From the NCBI GenBank assembly GCA_051362555.1, contig CM120643.1, positions 22,386,848 through 22,450,847 on the forward strand: 64,000 bases of DNA, in the 5' to 3' direction. Source of the DNA: Lingula anatina. Lineage: Eukaryota; Animalia; Brachiopoda. Each line of letters begins with the position of its first letter. Position 1 is the stretch's first letter. The position numbers and the translations under genes were made by a program. Below are positions 24,045 to 34,685 of the stretch, piece after piece. The notes beneath the pieces were generated by a model. That model ran no database searches and was not told the DNA's origin. It saw only the letters and a program-made list of their open reading frames with translations.

Positions 24045-27000
24045 CTGCTGGTAATTATCTATAGCCATCCTAAAAGAAAAGTTGTTCTGAATTATTCTGT
24101 TCAAAATTATGGAAAAGCAGTCCATATAATTTATGTGAAGAGCTGTCTTTTATTCAAAATTAACATTTGGTTTGTTTCAATAAAGTTGTATTTGACTTTT
24201 TTGTCTTTTTTTAAATACACCAATAAAATTAGTCTCAAACTATTGAAATATTCAGATTTTCTTGCAAGATGGAATTATTTTTCAGACTCACCATCTGTGG
24301 AGGCAGAGACTCTAGCTGTCTCCTTGGATCATTTCTTTTTCTTAACTTTTATGGCTTGGTATTCTGTTTAATTATCCCACATAATCCACCTGCTTCTAAT
24401 GGGCCACAGTCAACAACCTGACTAAACAGATATTTTGAGTGTATAATCCATGTCATCCTGTTATTAACATGGTATTAATCCATTTTCTGGGATTAATGCT
24501 TAACAAGCACTTTTTGCTTTAATGTCATTTGTACCGAGGTTGACATGTTGCCCTGAATGTCACCTGGCTCTTATATTGTGACATGCTGTGATGCTTGCAT
24601 GACATTCAAAATGACTTGGGTGAAATAACACATTAAGATTATGAGTCTTAACATAGGGGGGAAAGTGCAAAATCAATCTGAAGAAATCCAGATCTTCTTA
24701 CCTTCACTTGGCTACCTACGATCCCTCATGACAAACCTAAAAAGATCACTGTCACTGAGCATAAAACAGACAAAGCAATAAGAAGCTGATGCAAGAACTT
24801 TATTTCCGGCTATAAATTAGGTTTAACTAGTAGCCCTTTAAATTCTTTAATGAAATTCCTGTCCATTTTGGCTAAGAATGATTTTCAGATAAGTTAATTT
24901 GGGAAATGAGACCAAGATTGAGTTTGAGGTAGAATAATGGTTTTGTGAAACTTTCTTGCCATTGAATGACTTTTAAGTCCCAGACCCTCAGGAGGAGGGA
25001 CAGCAACAGTGAAGGTAAGAGGATCTTGATTTATTCATTATTCCTGAAGAAATGACAGCAATTGCTTGTGGATGTCAGTGTCCGTTATGCTGAATTTGAT
25101 GACAAAAATTTCCATTCCCCCTACGTGTAGTTTTTCTGACATGTCAAAATGATTTGACATATTGCTGCAAAAATTTTGGTGAAAAGGTTTGTCCACATTA
25201 CTGCATCGTCAGATTTTAACCCGTGTTTTTACCTGAACTATTTCAAGTCCATAATTCATTTCTTTTTCTCTCTTCCTCTTTCTCTCAAGCTCTCTGACAC
25301 ACACACACTTTTTTTTTACATTGTTTTGCAATGCTTTCACTGTGATAATGCTCTTCGCCATGCTTTAATTTTGCTGCCTCATGAATGGTTTTTTTTTCCC
25401 TAAGTTTCTTCTTAAAGCGTGTTCTGTAAGGCACAATAAGTAAAGTACATCTGCTGCATACAGTAACAATTTGAATCCAATAATTTGTTTGAACGCTTTG
25501 TCAAAAGGTAGGACAAAATAATTTGGGTCACAGCCAATTTTTTTGTGTATTTTCCTTCAAGCTTTAATTTTATGGTTTTTGCTCCTGCAGTAAGAAAGAA
25601 AGACCTGTATATTATTTCATTCATCAAATGGCCATCAAGATAATAGTTGCATAAGTAATGGATCAATTTCAGTTTTGACTAATATCAATATATTGGATTT
25701 TATTTTTCAGTCCCCCAGGGCAAGCCCCCCTGCCATTAAATATCAAACGCAACTCAGGTTGGGCATACTTCAATACCAAGAAGGACCAAGGCAAACACTA
25801 CTACTGACTTTTCCAAAACTCAAGAAATGCAAGTTCTACAAAAGCAATCAAGATGGTAAACCAGTGTCATATCAAAGTGATCTACCAAGAGCTGATTAAG
25901 GTCATGCCACCAAATTAATAGAGCAAAGGAACATTATGGAGGAGCCTAGTTTGTCTAGATTTGGTGCTGTCAACCCTGTAGTTCTAGATATGTATGTTGT
26001 TATTTACAGTATGATAACACAAAATGTTGTTAGAAATGGATGGGACTCACGTCATTCAAGGAAACAGAATGGTCATAAAGGATAAGCTGGACTTCCCAAT
26101 GCTGTCAGTGTTGAGTTGCTAACACCAAATTCAGCGACTTAATTTTTGCTTTACTTATAAAGTTTTTTTTATCAAGGAGGAAAAATTTCATCCATGAAAA
26201 GTTACTAAATTGGGCTGTAGGGTTGGCAGCTATGTTACTGTGGGTTGATACAGGAAGAAGTCGTATTCAGGAGGGTTATCAACCATCCCATATTTTAATC
26301 GGGGATGCTCTGTAAGTCTTCTTTATCCACCTACCGGCCAAAAGAAATAATAACATTTTTACAGTTACACTGTATTACACACAAGTTGGATAACATCCAT
26401 CTTTTAAGGCACTCTGAGATTTGGTAACTTAGAGACAATCTTGTCTACAATGAGTGACTTGCTTTAAGTTGTGGTAAGGTTTTAATATTTATTTTTGAAG
26501 ACGGCTGGCAACAGATCTGAAGCTCATTTTACTAGAAGTGAATATTGGTTTACAACACAAAACTGACCCATTTTCTTTTGTGGCTTGGATGGTTGATTCT
26601 GAGAGGAAGATAAGAAAAGAAAGGTACAGCTTACAGTAAATGTTTTGCAGCGGAATATATTTGAATGCTTGATACCTTCCAAGCAATGGAAGGCAGAATC
26701 TGGAGATTCGGCTTCGAAAATACTTATGTCATGGTCATACTGGATCTTTCATGCAAAGAAGCCACATAATTTGATTTTATCAGACAATTTACATAAAATA
26801 TGATATTGTTTTGTGTGATATGTTTGAGGAAATTTTAAGTTTTAATATGAACAGAGGATACTACAATGAAGAAAAAATATCATGTAGGTATGAAAATGAA
26901 GTGTAACAGTTTAAACTGTCTCTTAAAATAAAGCTATCCCAAGTCTTTCAGTTCTTAATTGTAATAAATATAATTTTAACACTGATAAAACCCGTTTTGT

Positions 27001-27763
27001 ATTTATGATAACAAATTTGTGGTTCTTTAGCTTTTTATTATCTTTTAAAGAATGAACAAAGAAATAGTAGTTATCAAACATTTATTTTTAAAAATTATGC
27101 AAGAAAGATAAAAAATGTCACCCCATATTTACTTTTAAATCTGTAATTACATTAAAGGTGGGGAGAACTCACTGTGCCAAGAATGAAATGAGACTAATCT
27201 GTCTCACACCAGGAGTGTTTCACAAAAGCACTTTAGCCTGGAAATTGCAACCTTAATTTTAAGTCTACTTTAGCCAAAGTTAAGGCAGCAGTAGTCCAAT
27301 TAGAATCATACAAATATTGTGTCCATTTCATAATGAGGAATATGTGACTAAAATAAACATTTCGGGCAAATATATCATTGAAGTTTACTAGAGTACTTTG
27401 GATATATCATGAATGGAAGTAGACTAGTTCTTTGGTCTAAAAGTTTTAACATTGAAGACCCAATGTTCAGTTATATGTCAGGTGTTAAACTAGCCCCTGG
27501 GCCTTCATACTGCTTTCTTAATCTACATCTTGCCACTTGTCACACTCTGTCACAAACCATTAAAATATCATCAACATCTGACTGCACTATAAACAGTAAT
27601 GTGGAGACTCTCCATTGTTTTCTGCTCTGTACACAGTGAGAGAAAAACAATCAATGCAGTTGTCAATGTGACAGTTGTATTGCTTTTGGTCTCCATAATT
27701 CAATCCAAAGAGTGTTACCTCTTCTAAGAGCCAAGGCATTTTGATAATATGTCTAAAATTCAT

Positions 27764-30700
27764 TCAGTCTGCTAGGGGATTGGCATGTATTGTCACAGTT
27801 TGTATTTTAATGTCATTTAATGGTCGGAATGTCTTTTCCGCTACAGGTTGTTTTTCTATTTCATCCAGGGTATCAAAACCATCTATCACTCTGCAATTAA
27901 AAAAAAAAACACTTGTTTATCAGGTGGTAATTTTGTGCATGTTACGATACTTTTAAGTCTTCAAAATCATTTAACTTTTCCAGATCTTATGTAAACAGTT
28001 GTAAAATGTCTCCAAGGCAGGAGAGAATGACTTTCAGTGGAAGTAAAAATTGTCAGTTGCCTCATACAACAGAAAACTGCAGATTACCAAAGTGACTGGC
28101 GTGTACGATCCCCCTATGTGTTCCTTACTGTGCATGTGCATTGCAATACAAATATAACAAATAAAGATAATGTAATTTAAAAAAATGAAAACTTCCTTCC
28201 AAAAATACAGTCTGACTGCAAACCATCCTAACAGGTTTCCTTATTGGCTATCTGCATTGCAATAAAAAGATGAAGAATGTTTTATAAGGACCTACCTTCC
28301 AAAGACGGCATACTTCATATCTAAATGTGGCTGTTTTCCATATGCAATGAAGAACTGCGAGGCATTTGTGTTGGGGCCATTGTTTGCCATAGACAGCGTA
28401 CCCCTAGCATTATGCTGAATGAAGAAAAAGAGGTGACTTTAAAACATCTCTTGGAAATAATTCTTGGTTCCTCACTTGTCAGTAGACCCCGGATTTTCAT
28501 AATGCACAGTATAAATTCATTTCAAAACCTTGAAAGATTAAATTGTCACATGTCAATATTTCAGCGGCTAACAAGAGAACTTCACCAGGGAATGAGGCTC
28601 TGATGAGAATGTTTTGTTAGACACTAAAATACTGGGAGACTTCAACACATTTTTTAAAAATGACCCACTTTTTTTTGACCAAGTGGGCCAAAATGGCCCA
28701 GCCAGATTTTGACCCAGGAAGATCCCTGGACTTGGAGTGTTAATATCTCTGGAGTTTTTTTGTTGTTTAAAGATTCTGTTTCTGTTAATAAAATTACCTT
28801 TAGACTCTCATGGAATTCATCCTCAAACTTTCTCCCCCAGATGCTGTCTCCCCCCTTGCCTGTTCCAGTGGGGTCCCCAGTTTGAGTCATAAATCCTTTG
28901 ATATTTCTGTGAAACACAGAGCCATTGTAGTAGTCGCTGGCACACAAGGCTAGGAAATTCTGAAATGAATAACTGATTTCATCATTATCATCATGATAAC
29001 GTGAGGTAACCTCACATAAGCACTGACAAATGTGAAGTAAAAAATCTTATTGTTCACTAATAATAAAAGTATTTACTTCATAATGTTTGTCCCAGGTAAA
29101 AATGTATCTATTTTTTTCTTACTGCATAGAAAATAAACATGTTGGAAGTTCAATAAATTTCTTTCACTACCACACGACTCAGAAGAGGAGTTGGAGTTTG
29201 TGTGCAACCAACAATCACCCACACACTTCAAAGCCACTTTTGTGAGGAAAAAAAAACTTGTACAGCAGATGAAATTCTTAAGCAAAAAAAATTTACCAGC
29301 AAGCTTTTAATTCCGAAGATATTTCATTAGTAGACTAATCTGTGGTTAAGTCAATACCTTCCTCAATTTGTGTGGTACTGAAACTAGGGATTGATCAGAG
29401 GGGCACCCCTTACCTCACAAGTCTTGGGCACCTGTTCACAGAACAACTCAACTTTCAAGTCTCCAAGGTCTGTGTGGAGAGTCACTGCCTAAAAATTAAG
29501 GGAAAAGATAAAAGCTAAATACCATTTCTATCTTAATAATATCATGTAATAAGTACATAACTGCAGTCTGAGGCAGTTTTTCCAACCATTCTAACCATTC
29601 TGCATTTTACAGCCTCCAAATATGAATGAGGTACCGGTATGAAATTTTGTATGGATAGTTTTTGGTCTTTTGATCTTCCATCCAAAAGGTGGTAAATAAA
29701 ATTGCCTATGTACCAACACCAACATAACAGTTCACTTACACAGTGGCCATTCAACTTAAACCTTTAATCTGTAGCACACTTCTGGCTATGTCACTGGCAG
29801 TTTTGAGAGCACTAATTCTTGTAGCAGCCAAGTCTACCACAGAGTGACCAGTGTTGGTCATTGTATTGGTACACTGGTCATCTTTCGGAAGACTGAACTT
29901 AAAACTGGTAACAAACTGGTCCAGTGCCTGGAACACATGGGCTGAGGAGCAGCAGAACCTTTGACTGATAATCCGATGGCTCTGTCTAACATAATCCTTG
30001 AGGTGGTTCACCATGGCCAGCTCCCATGCTCCAGCTCCTGGGAGGACCCTGGGTGTGGCCAGTGCCAGTTGAAGTGTGTCAATCACAGCTTGACACGTCC
30101 ATTTCAGTTCTTCAAGACACTCCTCCTGCCTGTTACACAGCACAATTGAGCCGACCTCACTTGCTGATCTATACATATGCAAGTATTTCTGCATTCCGAG
30201 TATCTTAATCCCCAACCCATCCAGCTTTCCACTGTACTCCTCACACCACCCTTGCAAACTACCAACAGGTGTCGCTCCAGTCAGTTCTTGTAAAGCAGAA
30301 GTGGTCTGGAGACCAAGTCTGTCCAGGACCACCACTCCATGCTGATGTAGATACTGTGCTACCCTGCTGTCTATTACTTTCTGACAGGCTACAAGTCCTA
30401 TGGATGAAGCCACCCACTGCTTGGCTAAGCCCATCAGGGCACTGATCACAACATCACTGGATCTGCAGGGTGCAACCACTGAGCGTGAACCACCCTCTGG
30501 TTCTGAAGTTGCAATGGGGTCAATTTCGGCATCTTGTCTTTCATCTCGGCCAGCAATATAAGACTCAGCATCCAGGTGAATGACATCCGATGTCATTTGA
30601 TAGTCAGCTGAGACAAACTCCTCGCTGTCTCCAACCATCGAAATTGTCACCAAGGCCAGCCTGAGGGGTTGATCGCATGGAGTCACCCTGTGAACTGTTG

Positions 30701-32098
30701 AGAGTCTGTACAGAACCCCTGGTATGTACTCACTCTGCTGCACTGGCCGGCCCTCTAGACACACATAGGAAATAGTATAGAAGGCCCTATGACTCCTCAA
30801 TGTGTCATCAGTATTAACACAGCCTAAAAATGCTTTCAAAAGCAAAGCACCCAAGTGGGTTTTATCCCTTAGCATGAGGCAGCAGCCAGGTTTAGAGTCC
30901 AGAATGCCACCAATCATCCCCAGCATGGATTCTATACTGGCCACATCTAAAGTTGTTTGGAAAGACGTTAAAAATTCCACACACAGTGTTGTGAAGTGAT
31001 TATACAAATCACCCATTACACGCGGGTGCATGTCCAGATTTCTTACACCAAGAACGAGCCTTGATGCAAGTCCTGCAGCAAACAATCCTCCGTCACTAAA
31101 TTTCTGCAAATGACTGTCCACTGCTGCTATAATAAGCTTGACTGCAGGAGAGGAGATGGAGAACACTTTCAAAAGCCTCCCACATGTTGAAGTCAATGTC
31201 ACATGACCACCTTGTGAGTTTTGGATCATTTTTAGTTTCCCATACGGACCAAAGGATGAAGTTACCAACTGATGGAAGATGGCAAGGGAATCTAATTGAC
31301 CCGATTGTTTAACTAGACTGGATTTGGACTGCTGGACTAACTTTTGGCCATACTGATCAGCTGCAGGATGCTTCTCTGCATTCTGCAAAGACAAAATAAC
31401 AAATATTCATTATCTTATCTTGCACTTTAATTGATGACAAAGAGAGCTAAGTGACATAACTCTTTTATGTTTCCTGTGTATTTGACAAATTTTTCCAGCA
31501 TAAAATTTAGACAATTTAAGAATAAAAACTTGTATATCTGCTATATATTACACCAGTAAATAATACTTTTTTTGATAGAATATATACATGCATGATAAGA
31601 CATGATAATGAACATTGTTTTTTGTCTTTCTGAAAATGCAGCATTGGTCGTTCAGATCGCACTTTAGATGGACGATTTGATCATTATGATAGCTATAATG
31701 TAGGTGAATACGGTCAGAAATAACTTACACATTTTCACAGGAAAGGAGTGCTTTACAACTATAAATAATTCTGTTTTGATAGTGATAACTCAAATTCTTA
31801 TCTTCATTGTATTTTATCCAGTGCGCATTTTCGCAGTCTTCGAAGTTATAATTGGATATAAGCAACAGATAATTTACATACCACCCCTCAGCTCTAAAGG
31901 AAGTAAACATACTATGATAATCAGATTAGTCTTCATGGCAAACTTCTCTGTGACGTGAGAAATGGAAAGAATCGGTGAATTCTTTCATTTCTATCAACAA
32001 AGATTATTATTATATTAGAAAGAAAACAACGTCATGGATCAAACTCGTCCCAGATAATATTAATGATGGCATAAATGCCCCGCTGGTATACCTACCAT
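27764..32098 (-). CDS. PPIL3: Peptidyl-prolyl cis-trans isomerase-like 3 (cyclophilin PPIL3)
   Basis: ATG-only coding exon 32098-32096 (ATG|gtagg), then exons 29488-29414, 28959-28798, 28414-28296, 27890-27764. Translation [63 protein letters not shown]...[23 protein letters not shown]...[24 protein letters not shown]...TIHANPLAD*. Confidence 0.95.
29751..31382 (-). CDS. MKKS: McKusick-Kaufman/Bardet-Biedl syndrome 6 chaperonin-like protein, single coding exon nested in PPIL3 intron 1 (same strand)
   Basis: ORF of ~543 codons with MKKS-type motifs: [85 protein letters not shown]. The ORF-track start at 31394 is a TTG inside the polypyrimidine tract; the exon starts at acceptor tttgcag|AAT (31382). 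Confidence 0.9.
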   Translation of the reverse strand, partial: NAEKHPAADQYGQKLVQQSKSSLVKQSGQLDSLAIFHQLVTSSFGPYGKLKMIQNSQGGHVTLTSTCGRLLKVFSISSPAVKLIIAAVDSHLQKFSDGGLFAAGLASRLVLGVRNLDMHPRVMGDLYNHFTTLCVEFLTSFQTTLDVASIESMLGMIGGILDSKPGCCLMLRDKTHLGALLLKAFLGCVNTDDTLRSHRAFYTISYVCLEGRPVQQSEYIPGVLYRLSTVHRVTPCDQPLRLALVTISMVGDSEEFVSADYQMTSDVIHLDAESYIAGRDERQDAEIDPIATSEPEGGSRSVVAPCRSSDVVISALMGLAKQWVASSIGLVACQKVIDSRVAQYLHQHGVVVLDRLGLQTTSALQELTGATPVGSLQGWCEEYSGKLDGLGIKILGMQKYLHMYRSASEVGSIVLCNRQEECLEELKWTCQAVIDTLQLALATPRVLPGAGAWELAMVNHLKDYVRQSHRIISQRFCCSSAHVFQALDQFVTSFKFSLPKDDQCTNTMTNTGHSVVDLAATRISALKTASDIARSVLQIKGLS

Positions 32099-32260
32099 AT
32101 TATATGATTTGCGTCCGTTTGCCGACCCAAGAATAACTGTGAGGACAGTCGGCGGTGACAGTCGCCGTCGTTACATGTGCGCGGACCCTGGGACCTCGTT
32201 TTGAGTGAACTTCCTGTTCGAGGAAGCCTAAAAGACGGAATACGGAAGCAACGGAACAGA
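32099..32260. promoter_or_regulatory. Putative PPIL3/MKKS promoter and 5'UTR
   Basis: CpG-rich patch directly upstream of the ATG exon, with several ETS-like GGAA motifs (acttcctg 32209, ggaagc 32222, cggaagc 32243). Confidence 0.5.
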
Positions 32261-34436
32261 CTAGATCAAATGAGAGTTTAAAGATACAAGTGACTTCTTC
32301 AAACTTCGAACTATAGAAAACTTATCTGGAAATAGGTCTTTTGTTACCATGAACGTGAACTCTGTAACCAACATACAACAGGTGGATGAATTTCTCGAGA
32401 AAATCTGATACAGCTGCAACCAGATTCCATCACTGAAACTGAAAGTGAAACAAGCACACCGAATTCATTCTTTTGCACAACTATCTCCAATTCGACAAAG
32501 AAAGTGAGTTCTTATGCGGATAAAGGGGACGGCCATGGAAACAAAATGTTGTATCTGAGAAAAAAATTGATTGTTCTGTCATATTTAAGCAGACAATGTA
32601 CGTGTTGCAAAAATAAACTTACAATACATGTCGCACATGTACCACCTCCTGTCAGCAATTTTACTCAAAATACATACATCTCAGTATTTAACAGTGCACA
32701 AGTAATAAGAAGTAAAAGCAAACGATTTCATAGAATCTTTGGGGCATGTGCATGGCACTTCGTTGATTTTGTATATAATTCTCAGTTCTTTAAATTTTTT
32801 TTTCACAATGTAGTACGGGCATTGTGTTATATTATGCTAAAGATGGTTTTAGTCGAGATGACAGCCGGGCGTGTGCTAATTACTTGGGTCAGTAAATTTC
32901 ATATGCCTTTAACTATCAATAGTAAAGACTTAAACAATAAAAACCTTAATTTTACCGGTTGTTCGTATAAAAAAATATTTCAAAGTAAAAATACTTCAAA
33001 AAAGGTAAAAAGCCCTGCAAATTTGAGAAATGTTATTATTAAGATCAGTTAATATTTTTATCATAATTACTAATATTAAAAAAAATAGCAATTTTCAAAA
33101 TTTTATTCATGCTACATGTGACGCAGTCATAATCAAACAGTGTACATAATTTAAAAAAATGAAAGGAAACATTAAAAGCTCAGACATAATGAGTACTAGA
33201 AGTTATAATTAGGCAGGAATAATCATCACCATCTCTTTTAATGCATTAGATGCAAGTGAGTGCAACCAAGTCTTTAGAGAGTCTCGTCGTACTTTTGGCA
33301 CCCCTGTCATTGTCATTATGGTCATTGCCACGGATGCTTTTTTGATCTTTTTTGTACCCACTGCAGACAGACAGACCCAAACACATAACCCTTCAGATAT
33401 ATGATAAAAACTTGAAAAATTAATCGCTTAAAAATTAATAATATTTTAAAATGCATTAATCTGACAAGACCATATTACATGACAAACTTTTCAAAATTAT
33501 CGAGAAGCCCATTTTTATGTTTCACAACATTTTCAAAGAGAAATAAAAATTATGTTGGTGGAGAATTGTCTTCCAAAAAGATTTTTAAGGCTGACTAAAT
33601 TTTCAAGTTTTTACTGTACCCTCACCAGTAACCAGCCTTCCAAAGAAGTTGCCGGCATTGTGTGTTGTGTGCCACTGGCTAATGCTAACAGTGTATTATA
33701 ATTTTATATACAGAGTATAATGTAATAGATATTAATGTATAGATATAGTAAAATAGATATAAATTTATATAAAAGATATAAATAGCATCTACCAATTATA
33801 AGAATGTATACCAATATGGCAAAGAGAATTAAAATTTATAAGCAAAAGTATGATAAAAAAACTAGATATAATCACAGGTATTTGGGATATTTTGGTTAGA
33901 AAGATTATTTTAATAATCTGTAAGATATGAATCACATTATACAAAGAAATCACAGCTAAAATAGTTCTGAGATCTGACCATAGACATACAGTTCATACAA
34001 GTGTTTTAAAATTTTCATCAAAATTATTCATTATTTTAGCATGTGCTATTAAACTGACAATTACATATTAAGGAAATTGGAATGTTATCTAAAATATATC
34101 ACACCCTACTTTGATGAAAAATAATTGAGTTTGATCAGATTATTGTTCTACATGTGAGAATGTATGAAAATAAAATAAACTTGTAAGTATAGTGCATTAT
34201 ACTATAACACAAAACTTCATGTAGAGGAATGAACTTGTTAAAATACTGGACCACACAGTGCCATCAATAAAAAATTATTAATTCAAGTGTCCACTTGCAG
34301 CAAAGTGATCAGCTTGTGTGAAAAGTGTGAAATTTCAGTTCCTTTTTATTTATCGATCTTGTCCCAAGTTCTCTGCCGGTACAAATGTCCACTCAATAAT
34401 ATCATGTCCAGACTGCTAAGTACAAGTGGTCACTTA

Positions 34437-34685
34437 GGCTGCATTCACATGAAAAATCTATTTTCTAAAAATCTAAAAATCTATTTGCAGTATCTTGTGA
34501 TCACGGTCTGTGCCCTGAATACCCCACGGCGTAATTACTGTCAGCGCCAAGAATTAATTACAGCTTTGGAAGTAACTGGCTCGCGCTGTTCATAATTACG
34601 CCGCAGGGTATTCAGGGCACAGACCGTGATCACAAGATACAGCAAATAGATTTTTAGAAAGTAGATTTTTCATGTGAACGGTCCC
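34437..34685. mobile_element. PIF/Harbinger-like hairpin MITE
   Basis: Arms of ~100 bp (ttcacatgaaaaatcta...gtatcttgtgatcacggtctgtgccctgaataccc / gggtattcagggcacagaccgtgatcacaagatac...tagatttttcatgtgaa), GG..CC ends, TTA on both sides. Confidence 0.85.

Noticed and set aside
32504-33052. 182-aa plus-strand ORF next to the PPIL3 promoter
   Set aside because: Starts at a GTG that looks like a splice donor (aaa|gtgagt), has AT-biased composition and no domain. At most a divergent non-coding transcript.
33240-33360. Exon-like minus-strand segment after gtctgtctgcag
   Set aside because: Could not be linked confidently to any upstream donor. The neighbouring gene already has a stop at 36791.
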